Below, in pieces: positions 1 to 9,867 of a DNA stretch of 64,000 nucleotides (within the stretch, counting starts at the first letter, position 1; each line of letters opens with the position of its first letter). The DNA is taken from positions 1 through 64,000 of IMG/VR virus record IMGVR_UViG_2873258297_000006, one strand, 5' to 3'. A program made the position numbers and the translations under genes. The notes under the pieces are model-generated. The model saw only the letters and a list, made by a program, of their open reading frames with translations, did no database searches and was not told the origin of the DNA. The stretch comes from a virus (taxonomy: Duplodnaviria; Caudoviricetes).

Positions 1-579
1 ATGAAGTGCAACGAGCCTTACCCGCAGGGCTCCTACGAGGAGTGCCAGCTCGACCTCGGCCACCGCGGCGACCACGAGTACTTCGACAAGAAATGGGCGC
101 GCCCCGAGCCGGCTGAGCCGGACGCGAGGGTTGAAGCGCTGCTGGACCGCGCCACCCGTGAGGCCCACCTCTGGGGCGCCGAGGAGCGCAAGTATCCGGT
201 GGTCATCGAGCGGACCCTCACCTACGTCCAGTGGGTCGACGCGGACTGCGAGGACAACGCGCTGAAGAACCTCGCCGACGACTCATGGGAGCTCGACCTC
301 GACAAGGAGTCGCCGATCAACGGTTCCGACGAGGTGCGCCGACTCGACGAGTTCGAACGGCGTGACGCGTTCCAGTCGGAGATCGGATTCGAGTTCGGCC
401 CCCGCATTCAGTGCCCGGACTGCCGCCGCCTGGCCTTCCGCCGCGAGTGGTATCACGACCCGTACCGCAAGTGCCACGGCCCCTTGGTGTGGCACAAGCA
501 CCCTGGCGCGCTGCGGCCGTGGGTGGAGCACAACGCCACGCCGGTGTACGACGCCACCCCTGCGGCGGTGCTCCGATGA
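1..579 (+). CDS. Phage hypothetical protein (may be 5-prime incomplete)
   Basis: 192 aa ORF with high-GC codon usage; its TGA overlaps the ATG at 576 (ATGA coupling). Confidence 0.65.
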   Translation: MKCNEPYPQGSYEECQLDLGHRGDHEYFDKKWARPEPAEPDARVEALLDRATREAHLWGAEERKYPVVIERTLTYVQWVDADCEDNALKNLADDSWELDLDKESPINGSDEVRRLDEFERRDAFQSEIGFEFGPRIQCPDCRRLAFRREWYHDPYRKCHGPLVWHKHPGALRPWVEHNATPVYDATPAAVLR

Positions 580-1304
580 CCGCCTTCCACCGCCCCCTGG
601 CTGCCGCGATCGCCGCGCAGGGTGTCCCGCTGTCGGCGGACATGGCGCGTCTGTCGCCGGAGCGTGAGACCGGGCTCCGCGAGCTGGCCGCCCGCGCAGA
701 GGGCGACGAGTTCTTCGTGTCGGACTGCGAGGGCGAACTGCAGGTGTGGCGCGAGACGGCGCTGACCCACGTCCGCCGCAATGAGACCGGCACGATCACC
801 ATGTACTCGTTCCCCTCCTCGTACCGCTCGACCGACGAGGTCATCAGGATCGACCTCGACACGTGGGACCCGGGCGAGGACGCCACGGACGACAAGCGCC
901 GCCAGGACATCAACGACCTGGTCAACGCACGCGCTGCCGCGGCCACCCTCCTCGCCGAACTGGACGCGGTCCGCAAGGAGCGCGACGAGTTCTGTGACCG
1001 CGTCGACACGCTGACCGCTGTCGCCAAGGGCAACAAGCGCCACGTCCAGGAGATGTTCCTGGAGCTGCAGAAGGCTCAGGCCGAGGTCGCCCAGTGGCGT
1101 GCCACGTTCGGCGCCGACGCCCTGCCCGACGCCCTCGCCCGACTAACGAAGGCCGAGGCCGAGCGTGACGCCCTGCAGAAGCGTCTGCACGACGCGGCGA
1201 TGACCCGGACGTGGCGCAACGAGGACGGCAAGAAATTCGTGTTCGTCGAGGACATCGCGCCCGCCCTGCTCGGACTGGAGCCGGGGACGGAGGCAGACCG
1301 ATGA
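576..1304 (+). CDS. Phage hypothetical protein with coiled-coil C-terminus
   Basis: Start moved to ATG 576 (ATGA overlap); MTAFHRPLAAAIAAQ; heptad-like region LDAVRKERDEF. Confidence 0.7.
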   Translation: MTAFHRPLAAAIAAQGVPLSADMARLSPERETGLRELAARAEGDEFFVSDCEGELQVWRETALTHVRRNETGTITMYSFPSSYRSTDEVIRIDLDTWDPGEDATDDKRRQDINDLVNARAAAATLLAELDAVRKERDEFCDRVDTLTAVAKGNKRHVQEMFLELQKAQAEVAQWRATFGADALPDALARLTKAEAERDALQKRLHDAAMTRTWRNEDGKKFVFVEDIAPALLGLEPGTEADR

Positions 1305-1495
1305 CCACCGACATGCGTGCCCTGGTCGACCGCCAGCGCGAGGCCGCCACCGAGCAACTGCTGGCACTGCGCAAGGCCTACGAGCACCAGCCCGAGCCGA
1401 TGGAGCTGGAGTTCGCCGACCTGGCGATCCACCCCACCGGCCACCTGGCCACCGACGCCGACTACCCCGACTTCCACCCCGGAGGTGGAGCGTGA
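1301..1495 (+). CDS. Small hypothetical protein
   Basis: ATGA overlap, GGAGG upstream. Confidence 0.6.
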   Translation: MTTDMRALVDRQREAATEQLLALRKAYEHQPEPMELEFADLAIHPTGHLATDADYPDFHPGGGA

Positions 1496-1740
1496 CCGCC
1501 AAGCTCACCGGAGGAGTGACCTTCCTCCTCGATGACGGCCCGATCCGCACCAGGTACGGCCGCAGCGAGTTCACCGGCAAGCCCACCGCCTGGCTGGCCC
1601 TCGGCGACAGCGATGGGATCGAAATCTCCGTCACCGACTCGTCGGCCGAGACGCTCGCCCAGCTCGAAGAGGCGGTCGCTGAACTCCGGGCCTGGGCCAA
1701 GCGCCAGGAACGCCTCGCCGCACTCCCCGAGGTGGCGTGA
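1492..1740 (+). CDS. Small hypothetical protein
   Basis: GTGA overlap, GGAGG RBS. Confidence 0.65.
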   Translation: MTAKLTGGVTFLLDDGPIRTRYGRSEFTGKPTAWLALGDSDGIEISVTDSSAETLAQLEEAVAELRAWAKRQERLAALPEVA

Positions 1741-1982
1741 TGACCAGTCTCCTCGACGGCACCGTCATCGACCTGGACCGGGTGCAGGTCGCCCTGGACG
1801 GCTCGCACTGGCTGTGGACGTGCGAGCACACCGAGTCCGGCGAGCCGCTCATGCTGCGCCTCGACCGCGACGGCACCGGAGCGCTGCCGCTGGCCGACGT
1901 GTACCGCATCCACGGCCTGCTCGCACCGCAGGCCCAGCCGACCACCGCCGCCATGTACCGGCAAGTCCTGGAGGCGGCGTGA
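1737..1982 (+). CDS. Small hypothetical protein
   Basis: GTGA overlap, GAGGTGG RBS. Confidence 0.65.
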   Translation: MMTSLLDGTVIDLDRVQVALDGSHWLWTCEHTESGEPLMLRLDRDGTGALPLADVYRIHGLLAPQAQPTTAAMYRQVLEAA

Positions 1983-2266
1983 GCACCGATCCGATCCGAC
2001 TGACCGCGGGCGTCGTCGCCGAGGTCGTGTACCTCGACCCGAACCGCCCGCACACCGAGCCGGACGAGCGTGGCTGCCCCGAGTGTGGCCAGCCCGCCTA
2101 CGACTCCGGATGCGAGGCGCCCGGCTGCAACGGCTGGGGCTGCCCCGACTGCGGCACCGGCTGCGACCTCGACTTCGTCAGCGCCGAAGACGGCGGCCAG
2201 TGCTCCGCCTACGCCGACGGCGAGGAAGCCGTCGACGAGTTCCTCGACGAGGAGGACGAGTCGTGA
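1979..2266 (+). CDS. Cys-rich putative zinc-binding protein
   Basis: GTGA overlap; CPEC, CxxxxC, CPDC motifs; acidic tail. Confidence 0.6.
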   Translation: MSTDPIRLTAGVVAEVVYLDPNRPHTEPDERGCPECGQPAYDSGCEAPGCNGWGCPDCGTGCDLDFVSAEDGGQCSAYADGEEAVDEFLDEEDES

Positions 2267-2448
2267 CCGCCCTCGACGCCTACCTCACCGCCCGCACCCT
2301 CGCCGACCACGGCATGACCGACTCGGACGCGGTCACCATCGCCGACTTCGACACCGCCGCCGACCTCGCCGGAGCCCACCGCCCCGCCGGCCCCGACGAC
2401 CGGCACACCGTGCGGATCGCCCTCGACGCGATCGGAGACGCCCGATGA
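2263..2448 (+). CDS. Small hypothetical protein
   Basis: GTGA overlap, GAGGAGG RBS. Confidence 0.6.
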   Translation: MTALDAYLTARTLADHGMTDSDAVTIADFDTAADLAGAHRPAGPDDRHTVRIALDAIGDAR

Positions 2449-3194
2449 AGCCGTACTACGAGGACGAGAACGTCCAGCTCTACCTGGGAGATATGCGCGA
2501 GGTGCTCCCGGCTCTGGGCGTCAAGGCTGATTTGATCTTGGCAGATCCGCCGTACTCGGAGACGAGCCTGGCGTGGGACCGCTGGCCCGACGGCTGGCCC
2601 ACGCTCGCCGCCACCGTCGCCTCGTCGATGTGGTGCTTCGGGTCGATGCGTATGTTCCTCGACCGCGGCCCCGAGTTCGCCGACTGGAAGCTGTCGCAGG
2701 ACGTCATCTGGGAGAAGCACAACGGCTCCGGGTTCACGACCGACCGGTTCCGCCGCGTCCACGAGATTGCCACCCACTGGTACCGCGGCGAGTGGCGCGG
2801 CATCCACCGCAACGTTCCACGGGTTCCGTCCACCTACGACAGCAAGGGCCGCACCGTCAGCGTGCGCGCCGCACGGCCTCCGCACACCGGAGAGATCGGC
2901 GGCGCCACCTACAGCGACGACGGCCTGCGTCTGGCCCGCTCGGTGCTGTACGCGAAGTCGATGCAGCGCGCCGCGATCCATCCGACGGAGAAACCCGTCA
3001 CCGGGCTGCTGGAGCACCTCATCGCCTACGCCTGCCCGCCCGATGGCACCGTCCTGGATCCGTTCGCCGGAAGCGGCAGCACGTTGGACGCGGCCCGCCA
3101 GTCCGGACGGCGCGCGATCGGCATCGAAGCCAACGAGCCGTATGCCGAAACCGCAGCCCGCCGCCTGTCCCATCTGACCTTGGAGGCGTCGTGA
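2445..3194 (+). CDS. Orphan DNA amino-methyltransferase (N6-A/N4-C, beta class)
   Basis: Motif IV ADPPY near the N-terminus, HPTEKP, motif I DPFAGSGST near the C-terminus (beta order); no adjacent restriction nuclease. Confidence 0.9.
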   Translation: MKPYYEDENVQLYLGDMREVLPALGVKADLILADPPYSETSLAWDRWPDGWPTLAATVASSMWCFGSMRMFLDRGPEFADWKLSQDVIWEKHNGSGFTTDRFRRVHEIATHWYRGEWRGIHRNVPRVPSTYDSKGRTVSVRAARPPHTGEIGGATYSDDGLRLARSVLYAKSMQRAAIHPTEKPVTGLLEHLIAYACPPDGTVLDPFAGSGSTLDAARQSGRRAIGIEANEPYAETAARRLSHLTLEAS

Positions 3195-3550
3195 CCACCA
3201 CCATCACACCCACCAGCACCGAGATAGCCGACGTCCTCGACAAGGCCCTCGCCCACATCATCCGAGTGGGCTTCTGCAAGAAGTACCTGTACAGCACCCG
3301 GCAGCACAGGGGCGGAACCCCGCTGAACCAGTGCGCGGTGGACCTGGACGGCGCGATCAACGTCGCCGTGCACGGAACCCCGCTCCACCTCGGACGCGAC
3401 CCGCTCACCCGAGCCGTGGTGGAGGCGGTCGCCGCCCGCATCACCGCCCCGTCACTCGCCACCTGGTGCGACTACAAGGGCAACGGCAAAACCCAAGCCA
3501 TCGCCCTCCTCCGGGAGACCGCAGCCCAACTTCGTAAGGAGGCCTGGTGA
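3191..3550 (+). CDS. Hypothetical protein (DUF6197-like actinophage family, tentative)
   Basis: GTGA overlap; ADVLDKALAHI...VDLDGAI...LATWCD pattern. Confidence 0.55.
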   Translation: MTTTITPTSTEIADVLDKALAHIIRVGFCKKYLYSTRQHRGGTPLNQCAVDLDGAINVAVHGTPLHLGRDPLTRAVVEAVAARITAPSLATWCDYKGNGKTQAIALLRETAAQLRKEAW

Positions 3551-4044
3551 TGACCTTCACCGACCTCATCCCCGGCCGCCGGGACCGCAAGAAGCCCCGG
3601 CACCGCGCCGACGACCGCATCGCCGAACTGACGGCCGACTACGAGCAGCAGCTCGCCGAGCTCCGCGACGAGAACGTCCGCCTGCACCACTTCAAGGCCG
3701 AGGCCGACGACTTCTTCATGATCCAGGCCGCCTATGTCACCGGCCTGGAGGACGACAAGCGGGAACTGCAGCAGCGACTCGCCGACGAGCAGGGCGCACG
3801 GGCCGTCGCCGACGCCGACGTCGAAGCCCGCGACCGGTGGGTGCGTGACCTGGAGATCAAGGTCGCCGACCTCGAACGGCGCCTCGACGTGCGGAAGCTC
3901 GCCGAGTCCGCCGTCGCCATCACGCAGCCGATCCCGGTCATCACCCCGGTGCCGTTGCATCAGGCGCCCTTCGCCACCACCAACCCCGGGCGCGTGCCCG
4001 GCTCGTGGGGCGTGAAGGACGACGAGCCCGAGCCGGCCGCCTGA
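3547..4044 (+). CDS. Coiled-coil hypothetical protein
   Basis: Coupled start; long heptad stretch RIAELTADYEQQLAELRDE. Confidence 0.65.
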   Translation: MMTFTDLIPGRRDRKKPRHRADDRIAELTADYEQQLAELRDENVRLHHFKAEADDFFMIQAAYVTGLEDDKRELQQRLADEQGARAVADADVEARDRWVRDLEIKVADLERRLDVRKLAESAVAITQPIPVITPVPLHQAPFATTNPGRVPGSWGVKDDEPEPAA

Positions 4045-4151
4045 GCTCCCGGCCGCCCGGCCGACGAGGTGCGGGCGGCCGGTGAACAGCAAGAACCCCA
4101 CCCGGGTCCAGCGGGCGGGGGTCCACCACCAGCATCCCACGGAGGAATCAC

Positions 4152-4481
4152 ATGTCCGTCACCACGGCCCGGCCGCACACCATCCAATGCCAGCAAGGCC
4201 CTGAGACCGTCACCGCCACCAGCCCGGTTCCCGGCCTGTACGTCTACGAGATCCCCGGAACGGTCGACCAGCCGAGCCTCCTCCGCTGGCGGGTCGGCCA
4301 CCACTCCGGCCTCGTCATCGCCGCAGCCATGTACGAGGGCGACGCCATCCGAGGCGCGCAGAAGATCGCCGATCTCGCCGACTGGACCCTGCCCGTCGAC
4401 GAACTGCGCCGCGACGTCTCGCCGACCGAGCTGTACGACGCCATCAGCTGGGCGTCCTGCGACCACCCCGCCTACGCCTGA
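4152..4481 (+). CDS. Hypothetical protein
   Basis: GGAGGA RBS, 109 aa. Confidence 0.7.
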   Translation: MSVTTARPHTIQCQQGPETVTATSPVPGLYVYEIPGTVDQPSLLRWRVGHHSGLVIAAAMYEGDAIRGAQKIADLADWTLPVDELRRDVSPTELYDAISWASCDHPAYA

Positions 4482-4607
4482 CCAACAACCCAAGACCGGC
4501 GGTCGCGTGAGCCCCCCACTCCGCGCCGCCATCCAGGGTCGCCGGCCCTAACCACCCCCCGGTCGGGGTCGGCGACCCGCCCTTAGTGCACCCAGAAACG
4601 GAACCTC

Positions 4608-4853
4608 ATGTACCTCACCCGCACCATCGGCCGCTGGCAGTTCGAACTGCACCAGCGCGCCATCCACCTCACCCGAACACCGAAACCGGACCCGGCCTGC
4701 GAGGCCTGCTACGGGCGCGGCGGCCACGGCTGGCTCACCCACAGCGGCGACCCCGACTGGGAGGACTGCCACTGCATCAAACAGCTCCGCACCTGGCGCC
4801 TGCCCCTCTGGCCCCGCCGCACCACCACCACCAGCGAGGAGTACCCGTTCTAA
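4608..4853 (+). CDS. Small Cys-containing hypothetical protein
   Basis: CEACYGRGG and CHC motifs; TAATG coupling to the next gene. Confidence 0.6.
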   Translation: MYLTRTIGRWQFELHQRAIHLTRTPKPDPACEACYGRGGHGWLTHSGDPDWEDCHCIKQLRTWRLPLWPRRTTTTSEEYPF

Positions 4854-5452
4854 TGACCGCCATCGCCTTCGTTGACACCGAGACCCTCGGACTCGACGCC
4901 GACGTTCACGCCATGTGGGAGCTCGCCATCATCCGCCGTGAGAACGGCGTCGACACCGAGCACCTGTGGCAGATCAAGCCCAGCAAGATCGACCTGGAGC
5001 ACGCCGACCCCGAAGCCCTGCGCATCAACGGCTACATGGACCGCATGGTCCTGCCCGAGGACTACTGGGCCGGCGACATGAGCCACCCGTGCGGCATCCC
5101 ACACCCCATGAAGCGGGACGAACTGCGGACCGTCATCACGGACCTCCTCTCCGACGCGGTCATGGTCGGCTCCAACCCCGCCTTCGACGCCGCGTTCCTG
5201 AAGGTCTTCCTGGACGCCACGCCGTGGCACTACCGGACGATCGACGTCGCCACGCTGGCCGCCGGCTATCTCCGTGGCGTTGACCTGCCGACCGGCGCCA
5301 CGTCCACCGAGGCACAGCACCCCTTCTCCAGTCGCAAGCTGTCCCTCGCGGTCGATGTCGACCTGCCTGGTGCCGGAGTCGCGCACACCGCCCTCGGCGA
5401 CGCCCGTTGGGCCCGAGCCGTTCACGACGCGGTCATGGGCGGCGTCGCATGA
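4853..5452 (+). CDS. DEDDh 3-prime-5-prime exonuclease (DnaQ-like)
   Basis: ExoI FVDTETLG, ExoII NPAFDAAFL, ExoIII HTALGDA. Confidence 0.85.
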   Translation: MTAIAFVDTETLGLDADVHAMWELAIIRRENGVDTEHLWQIKPSKIDLEHADPEALRINGYMDRMVLPEDYWAGDMSHPCGIPHPMKRDELRTVITDLLSDAVMVGSNPAFDAAFLKVFLDATPWHYRTIDVATLAAGYLRGVDLPTGATSTEAQHPFSSRKLSLAVDVDLPGAGVAHTALGDARWARAVHDAVMGGVA

Positions 5453-6312
5453 CCGCCGCGGTGGAGGTCGAAGCCCCTCAGATCATCGACGGCCTGTCCG
5501 CCGACGACTACCACGCGGACCGCACGTCGATCTCCTCGACCGGCCTGCGCGCCCTGCTCGCCCCGGGCTGCCCCGCCCAGTTCAAGTACGACCGCGATAA
5601 CCCGCAGGCGCCGAAGCGGGAGTTCGACCTCGGGCACGCCGCACACAAGCTCGTCCTCGGCGAAGGCCCCGACTTCGAGATCATCGACTTCCCCGACTAC
5701 AAGAAGGTCGCTGCCCAGCGGCTTCGGGACGAGGCCTACGAGGCGGGCCTGGTCCCGCTGCTCACCAAAGAGCACGACATGGTCCAGGCGATGGCGGCAG
5801 CCGTCCGCCAGCACCCCGTAGCCGGCCCGCTGTTCACCCCGGACGGGGGAGTGGCGGAGCAGTCGCTCTTCTGGACCGATCCCCGGACCGGTGTCCGCTG
5901 CCGCTGCCGCCCCGACTGGATGCCCCACCGCCAGGAGAACGGCCGGCTCGTCGTCGTCGACTACAAGACCGCGAAAGCCGTCGACCCGGCAGCTCTCGCG
6001 AAGGCCGTGTACGACCACGGCTACCACGCGCAGGCCGCCTTCTACCTCGACGGCGTCAAGGCCCTTGGCCTGCACGGCGACCAAGAGCCCGCGTTCGTCT
6101 TCGTGTTCCAGTCCAAGACCGCGCCCTACCTGGTGCACCTGGTCGAACTCGACTTCCCCGCCCTCGCGCTCGGCGCTGCCCGCAACGAGCGCGCCCTGCG
6201 GATCTACGCCGAGTGCGCGCGCACCGGCGTCTGGCACGGCTTCAACGACCGCATCACCTACCTCCCGCTGCCCCCATGGGCCGAGAAGAAAGATCACGAG
6301 GAATACGCATGA
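5449..6312 (+). CDS. RecE/ExoVIII-like PD-(D/E)XK exonuclease (DUF3799-like)
   Basis: YHAD..SISSTGL, FDLGHAAH, EQSLFWTD, CRCRPDW, VVDYKT, YHAQAAFY. Confidence 0.85.
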   Translation: MTAAVEVEAPQIIDGLSADDYHADRTSISSTGLRALLAPGCPAQFKYDRDNPQAPKREFDLGHAAHKLVLGEGPDFEIIDFPDYKKVAAQRLRDEAYEAGLVPLLTKEHDMVQAMAAAVRQHPVAGPLFTPDGGVAEQSLFWTDPRTGVRCRCRPDWMPHRQENGRLVVVDYKTAKAVDPAALAKAVYDHGYHAQAAFYLDGVKALGLHGDQEPAFVFVFQSKTAPYLVHLVELDFPALALGAARNERALRIYAECARTGVWHGFNDRITYLPLPPWAEKKDHEEYA

Positions 6313-7139
6313 ACCAGCCCGTACCCATCCCCTCGAACAACGCCCCCGCCCGCATCGGCCAGGGCACCGCAGTCGAACAGTCCCGCGCAGCTGCCGAAGT
6401 ACAGGCCGCGGTCGTCGTCGCCCAGCAGTGCCCCCGCAACATCCAGGCCGCCGTCGCCCAGATGCGCGAGTCCTGCAACCAAATGTTCCTCGCCGAGCGC
6501 GCCTTCTACCGCTACCCCAAGGGCGGCCAGACCATCACCGGCGCCTCCGTCCACCTCGCCCGCGAGCTCGCCCGCTGCTGGGGCAACGTCCAGTACGGGC
6601 TCGTCGAGATGCGCCGCGACGACGACTACGGCCAGTCCGAGATGCAGGCCTTCGCCTGGGACGTCCAGACCAACTCCCGCAACAGCTCGACGTTCATCGT
6701 CCCTCACCGCCGCGACACGAAGAACGGCCCGCAGGCCGTCACCGACATGCGCGACATCTACGAGCTGAACACGAACAACGGTGCCCGCCGCGTCCGTGAG
6801 GCGATCTTCGCGATCCTCCCGCCCTGGTTCGTCGAGGAAGCCAAGGAGCTCTGCAACGCCACCCTCCGCAACGGCGGCGGCAAGCCCCTCGCCCAGCGCG
6901 TGGCCGACGCCATCAAGACGTTCGAAGGCATCGGCATCACCGCGGACCGCATCGAGGCCCGACTCGACCGGGCGCCAGCGAAGTGGACGGAGCACGACGT
7001 CGCCCAGCTGATCGTCATCTACAAGTCGATTCAGCGCGGCGAAGTCACCGCCGAAGACGAGTTCCCCGCACCCCGCGTCAGCGCCGACGAGCTGATCGGC
7101 GGCGGCACCAAGAAGCCGGCCAGCGAGCCCACCCAGTAA
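6309..7139 (+). CDS. Putative single-strand annealing recombinase (RecT-like partner)
   Basis: Directly coupled to the RecE-like gene; QSRAAAEVQAAVVVAQQCPRN...ITGASVHLARELARCWGN is a known actinophage SSAP-position family pattern. Confidence 0.65.
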   Translation: MNQPVPIPSNNAPARIGQGTAVEQSRAAAEVQAAVVVAQQCPRNIQAAVAQMRESCNQMFLAERAFYRYPKGGQTITGASVHLARELARCWGNVQYGLVEMRRDDDYGQSEMQAFAWDVQTNSRNSSTFIVPHRRDTKNGPQAVTDMRDIYELNTNNGARRVREAIFAILPPWFVEEAKELCNATLRNGGGKPLAQRVADAIKTFEGIGITADRIEARLDRAPAKWTEHDVAQLIVIYKSIQRGEVTAEDEFPAPRVSADELIGGGTKKPASEPTQ

Positions 7140-7203
7140 CCGCTCCGGGGTCGCTCGCACCCGAATTGCGAGCGGCCCCGGCTCTCAACAGGAGAACACA
7201 GCC

Positions 7204-7533
7204 ATGGCCAAGAAGTCCCACTACCGCCCCGCGGTCCAGGAGCTTATCGACCTGCTCCGCTTCCGCTCCTCGTTCGGCCGCCCTTGCTACATCAAGCGGA
7301 ACACCCGGCATGCCGCGCTCATCGTCCCCGAGCTCCGCAACGGCGCCGACGGCCCCTACGCCCACCTCAAGACGTTCGACCGGGCCACCGTCCACGAAGC
7401 CGCCGTCCTCGGCGCCGTGACCCTCGGCCCGGAGTTGGTCGACGTGCCCGCGTTCAGCGGCAACCGCAACCACTGGGCCTTCGACCTCGGCCACAAGGGC
7501 CGCACCATCCAGCTCACGGAGCGTGCGTCATGA
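7204..7533 (+). CDS. Hypothetical protein
   Basis: AGGAGA RBS, 109 aa. Confidence 0.65.
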   Translation: MAKKSHYRPAVQELIDLLRFRSSFGRPCYIKRNTRHAALIVPELRNGADGPYAHLKTFDRATVHEAAVLGAVTLGPELVDVPAFSGNRNHWAFDLGHKGRTIQLTERAS

Positions 7534-7877
7534 CCGCCACCGTGCAGCCCGCCCTGGACGGCAGCGTCCCGGAGCTGCGGAAGACGAAGACGCAGCGGCA
7601 GGCCGAGGACTACGAGACGTGGCTCGCCGAAGTGTGGCCGAAGTTCATAGCCGCCGCCGCGTCGGGCCGCACCTTCACCTGCTTCGAGGTCGCCGACCGG
7701 CACGACCTGCCTGCTCCGCCGAACCCGCAAGCCCACTGGGGCCGGCTGATGACGCTGCTGAAGGACGAGGGCTACGTGCGGACCGCGGGGTGGGCGTGCA
7801 GCGACCGGCCCACCGCCCACCACTCCGGCGTCCGCACCTGGAAGGGCACCGCCGCCGCGAGGAGGGCAGCCGCATGA
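7530..7877 (+). CDS. Hypothetical protein, possible winged helix
   Basis: ATGA overlap; QPALDG start; HWGRLMTLLKDEGYV. Confidence 0.65.
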   Translation: MTATVQPALDGSVPELRKTKTQRQAEDYETWLAEVWPKFIAAAASGRTFTCFEVADRHDLPAPPNPQAHWGRLMTLLKDEGYVRTAGWACSDRPTAHHSGVRTWKGTAAARRAAA

Positions 7878-7975
7878 CCGACCACGCCGCCGCCCTGTTC
7901 CTCGCCTGCCTCGCCTTCACGGTCGGCCTGGCCGCCGTCGCCTTCGCCCTCATCACCCGCGGGAGGCGGACGTGA
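7874..7975 (+). CDS. Small single-TM membrane protein
   Basis: MTDHAAALFLACLAFTVGLAAVAFALITRGRRT; overlaps on both sides. Confidence 0.5.
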   Translation: MTDHAAALFLACLAFTVGLAAVAFALITRGRRT

Positions 7976-8256
7976 CCGACCTGATCTGCGCCGTCGTGTT
8001 CCTGATCGGCCTGGCCGGCGCCGTCTACTGCGTGCGCCGCGGCATCCGCGTCTGGCGCGGCGACGACTACCGCACCCGCAACGACCAGGTCGCAGCCCAG
8101 GCAATCCTCCGCACCGACCCGCCCGCCGAGCAGCAGACCCCCGGCACCGACAGCGCACTGCTCCTCGACTGCATAGCCGTCTTCGGCGACTGCGAAGAAC
8201 TCGACCGCCTCCGCAACGCCATCCACCAACACCGGAAGGAGAACCCGCAGCCGTGA
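7972..8256 (+). CDS. Small membrane protein
   Basis: N-terminal hydrophobic helix, GTGA overlaps. Confidence 0.6.
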   Translation: MTDLICAVVFLIGLAGAVYCVRRGIRVWRGDDYRTRNDQVAAQAILRTDPPAEQQTPGTDSALLLDCIAVFGDCEELDRLRNAIHQHRKENPQP

Positions 8257-9110
8257 CCACCGCCGCCAAGTCCATACCGCCGCACGGAACCGACGCCCGC
8301 TACAAGGGCAACCGCACCGGCACCCGCCCGCCCTGCCGCTGCACCCGCTGCACGCGCGGCCACCGCCAGGCAGACGTGCAGCGGGAACTCCGCCGACTGC
8401 GAGGGGAACGCAACCTCGTCCCCTGCACCGAAATCCTTCCGCACATCCAGATGCTCCGCGCCAGCGGCATGAGCCAAACCATGATCGCCCGGGAAGCGGG
8501 GGTCGCCCAGGCCGTCATCAGCTACATCACCACCGGCCGCAACAAGACCTGCCAGACGGAAATAGCCCGCCGCATCCTCGCCGTCCAGCCCCACCGCTTC
8601 GACGGCAACGCCGAACGCCCCGCCATCGGCTCCATCCGCCGCATCCGCGCCCTCTACAGCCTCGGCCACAGCCGCGCCGACATCAGCGCACTCAGCGGCC
8701 TGAGCGTCGCCAGCATCAGCCTCCTCGCCGAAGCCCGCTGGAACGTCATCGACAACCTCGCCGCCACCGCACTGGCCGCCGCCTACGACGAACTCAAGAA
8801 CAGCCGCGGCAACAACTGGAAGAACGAGCGGCGGGCCACCGCCGAAGGATGGCGCGACCCCCTGTGGTGGGAGGACTTCGGCGGCATCGACGACCCGGAC
8901 TTCGACCCGGCCGCTGTCGACCGTGAACTGCGCCGCACCGAACTCGCGGCCGTCCGCCGCGAAGAGATCACCCACCTTGCCGCCTTCGGCTGCACCGCCG
9001 AAGAGATCCACCAGCGCCTCAACGAAGAGATCGCACTCAGCACCGTCCGCCAGATCGTCCAGGAATGGCGCACCGGACAGAAACGCGAGCGGAAGCAGGT
9101 GGCCGCGTGA
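8253..9110 (+). CDS. Multi-HTH DNA-binding protein with N-terminal zinc knuckle
   Basis: HGT..RY...CRC..C actinophage motif; XRE-like MSQTMIAREAGVAQAVIS; further HTH-like segments. Confidence 0.7.
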   Translation: MTTAAKSIPPHGTDARYKGNRTGTRPPCRCTRCTRGHRQADVQRELRRLRGERNLVPCTEILPHIQMLRASGMSQTMIAREAGVAQAVISYITTGRNKTCQTEIARRILAVQPHRFDGNAERPAIGSIRRIRALYSLGHSRADISALSGLSVASISLLAEARWNVIDNLAATALAAAYDELKNSRGNNWKNERRATAEGWRDPLWWEDFGGIDDPDFDPAAVDRELRRTELAAVRREEITHLAAFGCTAEEIHQRLNEEIALSTVRQIVQEWRTGQKRERKQVAA

Positions 9111-9298
9111 GCTTCTACGTCTCCCTCGTCTGCGAAGCCACCAGCCCCGGGGCCGGCCGCTGCTGGACCGAGGACACCCCGCCCGGCGAAGCCCAATCCG
9201 CGACCGAAGCGCGCCGCCGCCTCAAGCAGCAGGGCTGGCACCGCACCCGCGACGGCCGCGACATCTGCCCCGACTGCTGGAAGGAGGGCCGGCGATGA
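9107..9298 (+). CDS. Small zinc-ribbon protein
   Basis: GWHRTRDGRDICPDC motif; coupled. Confidence 0.6.
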   Translation: MSFYVSLVCEATSPGAGRCWTEDTPPGEAQSATEARRRLKQQGWHRTRDGRDICPDCWKEGRR

Positions 9299-9558
9299 GG
9301 AATCGCTACGCCACACGCCAAGCCGAGACCGCGGTCATCCACGGCGACGGCACCCGCCACTGCGCCTGGTGTGGGGACCACATCGACCCCATCGACTGGT
9401 GCGCCGACTGCAAGGCCAGCCAGAAGCCGTGCGCCACGGCCGGTGGCCCACACCGCCGGCTCCGGAAACGAACCGACGCCGCCTTCTGCGACGCCGGCTG
9501 CCGCACCGCCTACCAGCGCGACAACGGCCCCGAGATCACCTCGCACCGCAACCGGTGA
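9295..9558 (+). CDS. Small Cys-rich protein
   Basis: CAWC, CADC, AFCDAGCR motifs. Confidence 0.6.
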   Translation: MRNRYATRQAETAVIHGDGTRHCAWCGDHIDPIDWCADCKASQKPCATAGGPHRRLRKRTDAAFCDAGCRTAYQRDNGPEITSHRNR

Positions 9559-9580
9559 CCGCCTAGCCCACACACGACGA

Positions 9581-9603
9581 AGCCCCGCCGTACAGGCGGG
9601 GCT
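9581..9603 (+). terminator. Hairpin terminator between converging genes
   Basis: AGCCCCGCC-GTACA-GGCGGGGCT perfect 9 bp stem. Confidence 0.65.
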
Positions 9604-9626
9604 CGAGGAGAGGAGGGGACGTGACG

Positions 9627-9842
9627 TCAGTCGGAATCGGTGGCCGGCTTCTTGCGGCGCACCACGCGGCGCTTCGGGGTCTCGGCACCCTGCTGCTTGC
9701 GCCAGGCGGCGACCTCACGCACGACGTACATGCGGATGTCCGTCGCGCGGGCGATGCCCTTCTCCTCGCACAGCTGGCCGTAGTCCGCCCACGTCTCATC
9801 GTCGATGCGGATAACGCGGCCGGGCTGCCCCTTCGTGGTCAT
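9627..9842 (-). CDS. Ribbon-helix-helix (Arc/MetJ-like) DNA-binding protein
   Basis: RVIRIDDETWADYGQLC...RATDIRMYV: beta strand followed by two helices. Confidence 0.7.
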   Translation of the reverse strand: MTTKGQPGRVIRIDDETWADYGQLCEEKGIARATDIRMYVVREVAAWRKQQGAETPKRRVVRRKKPATDSD

Positions 9843-9867
9843 GCCGACAGCGTAGCTGACTGTGCAC

